From positions 9,507 through 73,506 of IMG/VR virus record IMGVR_UViG_3300020122_000503: a stretch of DNA of 64,000 nt; one strand, 5' to 3'. The notes under the pieces are model-generated. The model saw only the letters and a program-made list of their open reading frames with translations. It did no database searches and had not been told where the DNA came from. A program made the translations under genes and the position numbers. Positions 48,601-57,618 of the stretch are shown here, one piece after another; position 1 is the stretch's first letter, and every line of letters starts with the position of its first letter. The DNA is from a virus.

Positions 48601-49254
48601 ATGGGAAAAGTAGCTTTAAAACCAGCGGAGACCACGAAGGTTCCCGCGCTGATCGAAGTTCCGGATATCGAAACGCAGATCGTACCCTTTTACTTGAAGG
48701 GGTTGAGCCCACTCTTGGTCAACAACTTCAGCGAGAAGAGCAAGGCTCAGCTCGAAGGGGAGAGCACTGGCAAAATCAACAAGGGAAAACTTGGTGCCAA
48801 AGGAAAGCCTCCTCGCGATCCGGAAGCGGAGTTTCAAGCTGCTCGCGTCTTAAACGACGATGGCCGCGATTGCATCCCGGCGCGGTGGATTAAGCAAGCA
48901 TTGGTCACTGCCGCCGGCATGTCCGACGTCAACATCGATCAGAAGGTCGTGCAGCGTACATTGTTCGTTCGAGGGGACTTGATCCCCATCGAATGCAAAA
49001 AGGGTCCGAGGATGCGTACCGACTGGGTACGACGAGGCCGGTGGAACGCAAAGGTGCCGATGCAGTGCTACCGAGCGGAGTTCGTCGACTGGTCGATCAA
49101 GATTCAGATCGAGTTCGAACCTAAGCTCATTTCGCATGCTTGGTTGGTTTTCTTGGTGCGCCGCGCTGGGCTCTCGGTTGGGCTCTGTGAGTGGCGTCCC
49201 GAGAAGAAAGGCGAGATGGGCCGGTTCGACATTGTGATGTCTCCGGCGAAGTAA
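48601..49254 (+). CDS. RAMP/Cas7-like RNA-binding protein (putative effector)
   Basis: N-terminal strand plus GLSPLL, IPARWIKQAL helix, and C-terminal Gly-rich loop AGLSVGLCEWRPEKKGEMGRF, all RAMP-like hallmarks. Confidence 0.65.
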   Translation: MGKVALKPAETTKVPALIEVPDIETQIVPFYLKGLSPLLVNNFSEKSKAQLEGESTGKINKGKLGAKGKPPRDPEAEFQAARVLNDDGRDCIPARWIKQALVTAAGMSDVNIDQKVVQRTLFVRGDLIPIECKKGPRMRTDWVRRGRWNAKVPMQCYRAEFVDWSIKIQIEFEPKLISHAWLVFLVRRAGLSVGLCEWRPEKKGEMGRFDIVMSPAK

Positions 49255-49258
49255 ACGA

Positions 49259-49612
49259 GCAGTAGCCGATGCGAGCTGAGACGACATCGAGACGAGCCGA
49301 TGCGACTAGATGCGAAACGAATCGCGGTAGTCGACCTGAGCCGAGCCGAGAGGCGACGACCCGAGACGAATCGACACGAGACGAACCGCAGTAACCGATT
49401 CGACCCGAGCCGAACTGATGCGAGCCGACACGACTGGACTCGAGGCGAAACGAGTCGCAGTAACCGAATCGAGCCGAGCTGATGCGAGCTGAGGTGAGCC
49501 GATCTGAACCGAAGCGAGAGGCAGTAACCGATACGAGGCGACTCGAACCGAGCCGACACGAACCGATTCGACTCGATACGATTCGAACGGCAGTACACGA
49601 ACCGAGCCGCAG
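49259..49612 (+). ncRNA. non-coding array of five units: GCAGTAA-type delimiter plus 11-12 CGA-NN pentamers (candidate guide-RNA array)
   Basis: Delimiters at 49259, 49324, 49388, 49457, 49521 and 49590 (spacing 65/64/69/64/69); 57 pentamers, 47 starting CGA and 7 TGA. Confidence 0.8.
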
Positions 49613-49620
49613 GAGAAAAA

Positions 49621-50187
49621 ATGACAGCAACCGCGCCGACTGTACGCGAATTTGTGATCGGAAACCGCGACGGTTTTCGTGGCGTCAATAAAAAAGACGT
49701 CGCGCCTTTCGTGGCGGTTCTGTCTGACATCGCCAAAAAGATAGGACCGCCAGGAGAGATCCCTGCTTTCGAATGGCGCAAAGAGCTTCTGGCTAGAGCT
49801 AAACCTAAAGACAGCCCGATACACAACAAGTTCACGTGGGACGACAACATCGCGGGGGAGAAGTATCGCCATCACCAGGCGGCTTACTACATTCGCGCTT
49901 TCGACTTTCAGTACGTGGACGAGCGTGGGAAAGCCGCCAAGAAGGTTCGGTGGCTCCAAACGATCAAACTAGTGAAATCAGACGGGCAAGCGCAGCAAAG
50001 AGCGCCGATGACCATGCCGGACGTGCTCTCGGACGAGCGCGCTCTTGAAAACGTAGTCGAAACAGCATTGGGCGAAATGCAGTCTTGGGTTCGTAGATAC
50101 GAAGCTTTGGAAAGCGTCGCCAAGCTCGCGCCGATCTTCCGCGCCGCAAGGAAAGTGCTGGCTAAGACTGTTGTGCTAAAAAAGTAA
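49621..50187 (+). CDS. conserved phage protein downstream of the array
   Basis: AKPKDSPIHNKFTWDDNIAGEKYR...IR motif; AGGAG RBS at 49611-49615. Confidence 0.7.
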   Translation: MTATAPTVREFVIGNRDGFRGVNKKDVAPFVAVLSDIAKKIGPPGEIPAFEWRKELLARAKPKDSPIHNKFTWDDNIAGEKYRHHQAAYYIRAFDFQYVDERGKAAKKVRWLQTIKLVKSDGQAQQRAPMTMPDVLSDERALENVVETALGEMQSWVRRYEALESVAKLAPIFRAARKVLAKTVVLKK

Positions 50188-50193
50188 AAATTC

Positions 50194-51978
50194 GTGTCTG
50201 ACCCCATCGACCTCTCCAACATCTTCGCCGCCGTTGCCGAAGCAACCAACGGCGCGAGGCGAGGCACCGCTCTCGGTAAGATCCGAGAAGCCGAAGGCGT
50301 GCGGCACACGCCCGAGCTCGACAGGATCATCATGATCCCACGGCGCGTGCCGCTCACGCCCGACGAGGAAGCGGAACGGATCGATCTGCTCACGAACCAT
50401 CTCCGCACGCCGGGCGGAACGATGCGGCTCCGCTCGGTGCAGGCCCAAGCTCTCTGCGAGATGCACGACTACCAAGGGCTCTTCGGACCGATTCGAGTCT
50501 CCGGTGGGAAGACCCTCATCTCCTTGCTAGCGCCGCTCGTACTCGAATCTCCACGGCCGATGCTTATCACCCCAGCGGCGCTCATCGAAAAAACAAGAAC
50601 CGAAGCTAGGAAGTACGCTCAGCACTGGCAGCTCCCGCCGCTCCTTCACATGGCGAGCTACCAGGCTCTCGGTCGCGTCTCCGGCGCGGAGACGCTAGAG
50701 AAGGCGAACCCTGACCTCATCATCTGTGACGAGGCGCACAAGCTCAAGAACAAGCGCGCCGCCGTCACGAAGCGCGTCGCGAGGTACATGCACGACCACC
50801 CAGAGACGCGCATGGTCATCTTGACCGGCACGATTTCGAAGCGAAGCTTGCACGACTTCGCGCACCTCTTGCTCTGGTCCTTGAAGCTCCGGACGCCGCT
50901 TCCACGACACTGGACCGAGCTAGAGGCGTGGGCGCTTGCGATCGACGAGCGACCGAACGCGATCGTTCCGCCTCTTCACCCAGGGGCGATCTTGATGCTT
51001 GCGACCGAGGAAGACACCGGTGACGTGACGCAACGCGCTCGCATCGCCGTTCGTAGGCGGATCAACGACACGCCTGGTGTCGTGACGGCTTCGGGTGAGG
51101 GTTGCAACGTCAGCCTTCGTGTTCAAGGTCATGTTGTCGAAACGACGGAAGTGACGACCGCTGCGTTCGAAAGACTCCGTGATCGGTGGGAAACGCCCGA
51201 CGGCTGGCCCTTGAGCGACGGGTTTGCGATCTGGCGTCACGCTCGCGAGCTCGCGCTCGGTTTCTTCTACAGATGGGAGATTCGACCGCCTGACGAGTGG
51301 CTCGAAGCGAAGAAGGCATGGTCCGCGTTCTGTCGCAAGATCCTGAAGACTAATCAACGCCGGCTCGACTCCGAGATGCAGGTCGCACTCGCGTGCAAGG
51401 ACCATCCCGAGTGGTATGGCGACCAGGAATACAAGGCGTGGGTCGCGATTCGGGATTCGTTCAAGCCGAAGACCGTCGCGGTGCCGTTCGACGACTCCGT
51501 TCTCGAGTACGTGACGAAGTGGGCCGAGAAGCACGGTGGTCTCGTTTGGTGTGAGCACATTGACTTCGCTGAGCGTTTGTCGGCGAACACGGGGCTACCT
51601 TACTTTGCGGGCGAGGGCTTAGACGCGAATGGAAATTCGGTTGAGAGCTTCGACGGCACGTGCGCTATTCTTTCGATCGAGGCAAACCGAGAGGGGCGGA
51701 ACCTGCAACGCTTCTCGCATAGCCTCGTTGCCTCGCCGATGCAGCAGGGTGACCGGTGGCAGCAGCTTCTCGCGCGTACGCACCGCGACGGGCAAGAGGC
51801 GGATGAAGTGATCTGTGATGTCGTGATTTCGTGTGCCGAACACGTAGACGCGATGCGCATCATACAGAGCGACGCCCAGTACCAAGAGGACATCACCGGG
51901 GACCGGCAGAAACTTCAGCTCGCGGACATCATTGTCCCGAACACGATGCACTTGAAAGGAGCGGTTTGGAACAGATGA
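50194..51978 (+). CDS. superfamily 2 helicase
   Basis: VSGGKT Walker A, CDEAH, LTGT, EGRNLQ, QLLARTHR. Confidence 0.88.
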   Translation: MSDPIDLSNIFAAVAEATNGARRGTALGKIREAEGVRHTPELDRIIMIPRRVPLTPDEEAERIDLLTNHLRTPGGTMRLRSVQAQALCEMHDYQGLFGPIRVSGGKTLISLLAPLVLESPRPMLITPAALIEKTRTEARKYAQHWQLPPLLHMASYQALGRVSGAETLEKANPDLIICDEAHKLKNKRAAVTKRVARYMHDHPETRMVILTGTISKRSLHDFAHLLLWSLKLRTPLPRHWTELEAWALAIDERPNAIVPPLHPGAILMLATEEDTGDVTQRARIAVRRRINDTPGVVTASGEGCNVSLRVQGHVVETTEVTTAAFERLRDRWETPDGWPLSDGFAIWRHARELALGFFYRWEIRPPDEWLEAKKAWSAFCRKILKTNQRRLDSEMQVALACKDHPEWYGDQEYKAWVAIRDSFKPKTVAVPFDDSVLEYVTKWAEKHGGLVWCEHIDFAERLSANTGLPYFAGEGLDANGNSVESFDGTCAILSIEANREGRNLQRFSHSLVASPMQQGDRWQQLLARTHRDGQEADEVICDVVISCAEHVDAMRIIQSDAQYQEDITGDRQKLQLADIIVPNTMHLKGAVWNR

Positions 51979-52194
51979 AAGCAGCGATGCTCTATCACAG
52001 CACGGACGATTGGTGTCACCTTTGCGGGGAGCGTACAGCACCTACAGTAGACATTTGGTACCCGGATAATGCTGAACACGACAGTCCGGTGGAGCCAGGA
52101 CCGCTTCATAGTGGACGTCATTACATTCGGATTTGCAGCACGTGTGCGTGTCGCATACAAAACGTAGCTGCTAAGCCGACTCGTTGAGGACAAC

Positions 52195-52593
52195 ATGACG
52201 TTCCCGATAATGACTCCAGCACAAATATCTGAATGTGGATGTCTGCCTTGTTCGCCAAGAGGCTGTTACTGCGCAGAGTGTCGTGCCGGAAAAGCTTGCA
52301 CAATCGAACCAGATCAGGTGGAGACGTGTCGTGAATGGCTTCGGTTGTACGCCAAGCCTCTTTCGTATTTTCCAAAAAACGGACGACGTATCGGAAGTTA
52401 CGGTTACAAGCACGATGTGGAGAACTGGAGCAGTGCGCGCGGTAAGCACAAGTACATTGCAAACGGAGCGTTTATCCTTGCTGCGTTTCGTGAAGGATTT
52501 TGGGTGAAAGCAACGGGCATCAATGCAGTGTTCAATTTTTCGGTACCGAAGCAGTTGACGAAAAAGTCATGTGGTCAAGAGAAGGAAACCTGA
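52195..52593 (+). CDS. hypothetical phage protein
   Basis: GSYGYKHDVE...YIANGAFILAA; GAGG RBS. Confidence 0.6.
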   Translation: MTFPIMTPAQISECGCLPCSPRGCYCAECRAGKACTIEPDQVETCREWLRLYAKPLSYFPKNGRRIGSYGYKHDVENWSSARGKHKYIANGAFILAAFREGFWVKATGINAVFNFSVPKQLTKKSCGQEKET

Positions 52594-52688
52594 TCGCGAA
52601 CGACACACGATGCTTGTCGCCAAGAGTTTCTGGCCTGGCTCGTGTGTCGTTCGCGGGAATTTTTCCCGTCTACGAAAAGGAATATCAA

Positions 52689-53462
52689 ATGCCCCCCATC
52701 GATTGGTCTCAAATTGGAAATGCACCGATTTTCGAACGTGGAAACTATTTCAACCCAGGAAGGTACAAGCTCCGCTTGCTCCGGTGTCTGAGCAAGCAGA
52801 CGCAAAAAGTTGGAGTGGCGTTCATAGCCGAATTCGAAGTCTTGGAGAGTGACAACCCCGCGCACCCGATCGGGAGCAAGGGGACGTACTTCGTCAAGAT
52901 GGCTCAACAGCAGCAAGCGTTTTCCAACATCCTCGAGATGATGGCGGCGCTTCTCGGGTTCGACATCACGAACAAAGAACACGTTATGCAAATCGATCAG
53001 CAACTGAGGCCCCAGCTTGCGGGGCTCATGACGGCGCTCGAGACGCAGGGCACGGCCGTGCTCGGCGGACGCGAGACGATTTCCGTCGAGTGTCGGATCA
53101 CGCTGACCAAGCAGCAGAGGGAGTTCACGCTTCACGTGTGGACGCCGTGGACACCTCCGTCTGGTTGGCAGCCGGTTCCGACGCCGGCAGTGGCGCAGAT
53201 GCCTCAGAGGACAGCGGTGCAACCCGCGGCTGCTCCCCAGGGGTATCCGGCTGCGTACGCCCCACCGGCGTTCGCGCAGCCTGCGCTAGTACAGCCCACA
53301 TGGCCTCAGACACAACCTGCGCAACAGGCACCGGCCTACGCGCCGCAGCCGCAGGCACAGCCGGCGTTCCAGGCACCGGCACCTCAGCAAGGGCAAGCCC
53401 CTTACGGGACGCCTGGCATGCCCCCGGCGGGTACGTTGCCTCCGTGGATGACCCCTAGGTGA
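52689..53462 (+). CDS. putative ssDNA-binding protein with Pro/Gln-rich tail
   Basis: PGRYKLRL...FIAEFEVLES OB-fold-like pattern; low-complexity tail ending PPW; lies in the replication operon. Confidence 0.5.
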   Translation: MPPIDWSQIGNAPIFERGNYFNPGRYKLRLLRCLSKQTQKVGVAFIAEFEVLESDNPAHPIGSKGTYFVKMAQQQQAFSNILEMMAALLGFDITNKEHVMQIDQQLRPQLAGLMTALETQGTAVLGGRETISVECRITLTKQQREFTLHVWTPWTPPSGWQPVPTPAVAQMPQRTAVQPAAAPQGYPAAYAPPAFAQPALVQPTWPQTQPAQQAPAYAPQPQAQPAFQAPAPQQGQAPYGTPGMPPAGTLPPWMTPR

Positions 53463-53509
53463 AGTGAAAGAGCCCGCCCTGGTGAACCTAGGGCGGGGCG
53501 AAGTTCCGG

Positions 53510-54043
53510 ATGAAAAACTCCACCCACACCCGCCTGGAACGAGAACGTTATCGTGATCGTAAACGCGCAGGGATTTGTGTGCGTTGTGGCAAAGTTCCGC
53601 CCGAACAGGGGCGAGCACAGTGTGCCCAATGCCGAACTCGTCGATTAGGGGAAGGCAAGAAGTGGCGCGCCGCTAATCTGGAAAAAGCGAGAAATTATCA
53701 CAAACAAAATCCAGAAAGACACAAAGCAAGAGCAGCAGCTTGGAGAGCGAGAAACCCGGAAAGAATCAAAAAGATTTTGCAAAACGCAAAACTCAAAAGG
53801 TACGGAATTTCTTTTGAGCAGTACACGAAAAGGTCAGTTGCTCAAAACGGTGTTTGCGCCATTTGCAGAAAACCAGAAACTTGGATTGTTAAAGGCACGT
53901 TGGCGTTGTTGTCGGTAGATCATGATCACGAAACAGGTAGAGTTCGTGGATTGCTTTGCCACTCGTGCAACCTAGGGCTGGGACATTTTAAAGACGATGC
54001 GTTGATGCTTCGTGCGGCTGCAAACTATTTGGAGGCGGTTTAG
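53510..54043 (+). CDS. endonuclease VII-like homing endonuclease
   Basis: LKRYGI...QNGVCAIC...VDHDHETGRVRGLLCHSCNLGLG; AT-richer than neighbours. Confidence 0.9.
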   Translation: MKNSTHTRLERERYRDRKRAGICVRCGKVPPEQGRAQCAQCRTRRLGEGKKWRAANLEKARNYHKQNPERHKARAAAWRARNPERIKKILQNAKLKRYGISFEQYTKRSVAQNGVCAICRKPETWIVKGTLALLSVDHDHETGRVRGLLCHSCNLGLGHFKDDALMLRAAANYLEAV

Positions 54044-54044
54044 G

Positions 54045-55898
54045 GTGCAGTCGTTCGATTGCGAAACCTTTAGGATTGCCGAGGGCAACCTTGCCCCGGA
54101 TCTCGTGTGCATTTCTTTTGCCGGACCGGACTACAACGCCGAGCTCTATCACGCGATCGACGGCTCTCCGACGTTCCGAGCGATGGCCGACGTCGCGCTC
54201 AACAGAAACACGCCGGTGATCGGTGCGAACACTGCTTACGACATGGGCGTCATGTTAGCGCACGATCCGTCGCTCGCTGATCGGATTTGGACGCTCTACG
54301 ACCGTGGGCTCGTGCGCGACGTGATCATGCGCCAGAAGATGATCGACATCGCGAGGGGTTGTTACAGCGGTTTCAGGCGCGGCGAAGACGGCAAGGTGTA
54401 CAAGATCGGCTACAGCCTCGCCGAGCTCTTGAAACGACACACCGGCCAAGAACTCTCTAAAGGCGAAGACACCTGGCGTCTCAGATATTCCGAGCTCTAC
54501 GAGATTCCTCTGTTTCAGTGGCCTGAGGAGGCTCGCCAGTACGCCAAGGACGATGCGGTCGCGACGCTCGCCGTGTACGAAGCGCAAGAATCTGATGCGG
54601 CGCTCCTTCTCGACGAGCCTGCGCGGTGCCGCACGGCGTGGATGCTCCACCTCATGTCTTGCTACGGGATCAAAACGGATCCGGAAGCCGTCGCGGCGTT
54701 CGTTCGGGCCACAGAGAAGAGCGTCGAAGAACTCAAAGCCGTTCTAGAAAATTGGGGTTTGGTACGTCCGAGCGGCACGCGAGACACGAAAGCCGCGAAG
54801 GCTCTCATGGTCAGCGTGTGCGCGGCCAAGGGCTTGGAGGTCGTGAAGACCGACGGCGGTGACGTCGCCCTCGACGACGCGACGTGCAAAGCGACGGGAG
54901 ATCCGATCCTTTGTGCTTACGCGAACTTCTCTAGCCTTGCGAAGGTTGTCTCGACGGACATTCCGATCCTTTTGAAAGGCGTCAACACGCCGATTCAGAC
55001 ACGCTTCGAGCCGCTTCAAGAAACAGGTCGCACGTCGTCGAGCGCTCCCAATATACAGAACATCAAACGTCTTGTCGGCATGCGCGAGTGCTTCCGTCCT
55101 CGCCCTGGATTCGTTTTCGTCGACGCGGACTACGCGATGCTCGAACTTTGTACGTGGGCGCAGACGTGTCTCTGGGCTTTGGGACATTCGAGACTCGCGG
55201 AGGTCCTGAACGCCGGTGACGATCCGCACTTGGCCTTTGCAGCCCAGATCCTTGGCATCACTTATGACGAAGCGAAGACGCGGCGTAAGGGTGGTGACAA
55301 AGAAGTCGAGCAGCGACGTCTCGTGGCGAAAGTCGGAAACTTCGGGTTCCCGGGAGGTCTCGGTAAAGACAGTTTCGTCGAGTACGCCGCGTCTTCGTAC
55401 AAGGTGAGCATCACCGTCGAAAAAGCTGCGGAGCTGAAGAGTTTCTGGCTTGCGCAGTGGCCGGAAGCCCGAGCGTACTTCGATTGGATTGCGAAGAAAG
55501 AACAAGATAGTGGGATTTCGATGCAGCGCTTCGTCACCGGGTCGTGGCGCTCCGGCATGCGGTACACGGTCGCGTGTAACGACCCGTTCCAGAGTCTCGG
55601 TGCGACGGCGGCGACGTGGGCCGGCTACGATCTCGCGCGGGCTTGCTACTACGAACGAGACCACATCCTTTTCGGATCGAGGCCCGTGAACTTCATCCAT
55701 GACCAGTACCTGGTCGAGGTGCTCGACGACTACTACGCGCACGATCGCGCGATGGCTGTGGCGGCCGTCATGGTCGCGGCGGCGAAGCGAGCGATCCCTG
55801 ACGTGACGCCGAAGGTTGAGCCGCTCCTCTGCCGATACTGGTCCAAGGATGCGAAGGCGATTTACAAGGACGGGAGGCTCGTGTCGTGGCCCTCGTAG
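54045..55898 (+). CDS. family A DNA polymerase with 3'-5' exonuclease
   Basis: DCET (ExoI), NTAYD (ExoII), YAKDD (ExoIII), TGRTSS, PNIQN, motif A DADYAMLE, motif B AKVGNFG, motif C IHDQ. Confidence 0.92.
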   Translation: MQSFDCETFRIAEGNLAPDLVCISFAGPDYNAELYHAIDGSPTFRAMADVALNRNTPVIGANTAYDMGVMLAHDPSLADRIWTLYDRGLVRDVIMRQKMIDIARGCYSGFRRGEDGKVYKIGYSLAELLKRHTGQELSKGEDTWRLRYSELYEIPLFQWPEEARQYAKDDAVATLAVYEAQESDAALLLDEPARCRTAWMLHLMSCYGIKTDPEAVAAFVRATEKSVEELKAVLENWGLVRPSGTRDTKAAKALMVSVCAAKGLEVVKTDGGDVALDDATCKATGDPILCAYANFSSLAKVVSTDIPILLKGVNTPIQTRFEPLQETGRTSSSAPNIQNIKRLVGMRECFRPRPGFVFVDADYAMLELCTWAQTCLWALGHSRLAEVLNAGDDPHLAFAAQILGITYDEAKTRRKGGDKEVEQRRLVAKVGNFGFPGGLGKDSFVEYAASSYKVSITVEKAAELKSFWLAQWPEARAYFDWIAKKEQDSGISMQRFVTGSWRSGMRYTVACNDPFQSLGATAATWAGYDLARACYYERDHILFGSRPVNFIHDQYLVEVLDDYYAHDRAMAVAAVMVAAAKRAIPDVTPKVEPLLCRYWSKDAKAIYKDGRLVSWPS

Positions 55899-56341
55899 CG
55901 ATTGATCCGGGCAAGGTGACTGGGTTCGCGGTGTTTGATGATCTGCTACGTCGTGCGACAGTTTGTACTGAAGAAGAGTGTCTCATGCTCATCGAGAATG
56001 TGGCACCGATCAGGCAAGGAAAATCGGCCGGAGATTGCCTCATCGAAATTCCGCAGATTTATCAGGGACAGAAACAGAAGGGCGATCAGAACGACTTGAT
56101 TAAGCTTGCTGTGATGGTCGGTCGGTATTCTGATCGTGCAACTGCGTGTGGTTTCCGCGTCACGTTGGTCAAGCCTCGAGCGTGGAAGGGGCAGCTTCCG
56201 AAGGATGTGTGCTGGCGTCGCGTGCGTGAGACGCTCACGCCAGGGGAGCTCGACAACCTTGCGAAGCTTCCAAAATCTCGTGCGCACAACATGCACGACG
56301 CAATCGGTCTCGGAACCTGGTTCCAGAAAAGGTGGAGATGA
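55886..56341 (+). CDS. RuvC-like Holliday junction resolvase
   Basis: VAIDPG..TG, IEIP, PRAWKG, DAIGLG. Confidence 0.75.
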   Translation: MALVAIDPGKVTGFAVFDDLLRRATVCTEEECLMLIENVAPIRQGKSAGDCLIEIPQIYQGQKQKGDQNDLIKLAVMVGRYSDRATACGFRVTLVKPRAWKGQLPKDVCWRRVRETLTPGELDNLAKLPKSRAHNMHDAIGLGTWFQKRWR

Positions 56342-56580
56342 AGGTGGCAACGAAAAAAGGCAAGATGACGCTCAGGGCGTGGTTCGAAAGTACGCTTCCG
56401 AAAGGCATGACGAAGACGGCCTACGCCAAGCGTCTGGTGGATCGGGCGGGTGGCAAAATAGGGATGTCGACGATCTTGAACACGCTCAAAGGTCAGAAGC
56501 TTACGAGCTACGCGAAGGGCAAGGCGCTTGCGGATTTGACCGGTGGCAAGGTTCCGCTCACGGAAATCGTGGAAACATGA
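56338..56580 (+). CDS. HTH-like small protein
   Basis: Cro-like pattern ending LTGGKV. Confidence 0.5.
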   Translation: MKVATKKGKMTLRAWFESTLPKGMTKTAYAKRLVDRAGGKIGMSTILNTLKGQKLTSYAKGKALADLTGGKVPLTEIVET

Positions 56581-57173
56581 CCGACACGCCGATCGCGGTG
56601 GCGGATAGTGTTTGGGTCAAACGCCCGCACGATCTCGAGAGCAAAGAAGCGCTTGCGGAGCTTTCGGCGTCGCTTCAAGATTTGCCGTGTACTTCGCAGA
56701 CGTACCCGGGGATCTGCGAGGCGCTCATCGAGGTGAAGGCTCGCGTGAAAGGACTGACCGCGCAACGTGAGACGGTTCTTGGACCGCTCCGCGAGGCCGA
56801 GCGTGCGGTGCGTGAGTGGTTCCGGGCTCCGCTCGAGACGTATCAGATGGTCGAGAACATTTTGAAAGAGCGCGTCGCTGGCTACCAGGAAACGCTTCGT
56901 CAAGAGAAGCACGCGGCGATCGTCGCGGCCGGGCAGGCTCCGACACCGACGGCGATGGCGCAGCTCACGGCGCTCGCGACACCTCCGACGCCGACCGCCA
57001 TCACGTTCCGGAAGACGTGGGAGGTCGAAATCACGGATCCGAACCTAGTGCCTCGAGAGTACCTGCTCATCGACACGGCAGCGCTTCGGAAGGTCTGCGT
57101 AGCGACCAAGGGGCAGATCCAGGTGCCGGGCGTGCGTTTCTTTCAACGTGACGGAGTGGCGGTGGGCTCTTGA
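56577..57173 (+). CDS. conserved phage coiled-coil protein
   Basis: RKTWEVEITDPNLVPREYL...VPGVRF motif. Confidence 0.7.
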   Translation: MTDTPIAVADSVWVKRPHDLESKEALAELSASLQDLPCTSQTYPGICEALIEVKARVKGLTAQRETVLGPLREAERAVREWFRAPLETYQMVENILKERVAGYQETLRQEKHAAIVAAGQAPTPTAMAQLTALATPPTPTAITFRKTWEVEITDPNLVPREYLLIDTAALRKVCVATKGQIQVPGVRFFQRDGVAVGS

Positions 57174-57403
57174 CCGATAAGCAATGGCGCAGCGCGAGCG
57201 GACTCGCCTACCTAGGTATGGACGGGAGCATTCGCTTGGTTCGTGTCGACACGGCGTGGGCACTTCTTCGTTTCTTTCGCACCGGTGAGGATTGGGGTTC
57301 GCAAGAGGTGAAGCGTCGCTGGGCCAGAGAAGAGTACGCGATGTTTCTCGAGCGGGACGCTGTCCCCAGGCGCCCGTCTCTAACCTTGGTTCCAGAAAGG
57401 TAA
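57170..57403 (+). CDS. hypothetical protein
   Basis: 77-aa ORF with TTGA overlap. Confidence 0.45.
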   Translation: MTDKQWRSASGLAYLGMDGSIRLVRVDTAWALLRFFRTGEDWGSQEVKRRWAREEYAMFLERDAVPRRPSLTLVPER

Positions 57404-57404
57404 C

Positions 57405-57618
57405 GATGAAACCGGAAGTAGCGCTCGCAGTTGTCTTGACGGGCATGTCGGATCGCGACGTCTTGGAAGCGTATCGCGCGGCAGCAATAGCGAAGGACCC
57501 TCACATGAAACAAATCGGGCGGGAGCTCCTCGTTCGATTGCATCGCGCTGACCTCACTAACTTCCCTCGTTCCGTGCTCGACGAGTACGACGCAACGCGC
57601 GATCCTAGGAGTGAATGA
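57405..57618 (+). CDS. hypothetical protein
   Basis: Start MKPEVALA; approximate. Confidence 0.4.

Noticed and set aside
49259-49612. Canonical CRISPR array or simple microsatellite
   Set aside because: The delimiter is only about 9 nt and the intervening sequence is itself 5-nt periodic, unlike CRISPR spacers; hypervariable NN positions and regular delimiters argue against slippage repeats.
49104-49959. ORFs crossing the array (49104-49850, 49127-49630, 49306-49959, 49300-49482, 49482-49691)
   Set aside because: Low-complexity S/R-rich translations produced by the pentamer periodicity; 5-nt phase is incompatible with codon-level selection.
53472-53498. Intrinsic terminator after the SSB-like gene
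   Set aside because: A GC stem is present (CCCGCCCT/AGGGCGGG) but there is no U-tract and the operon continues.
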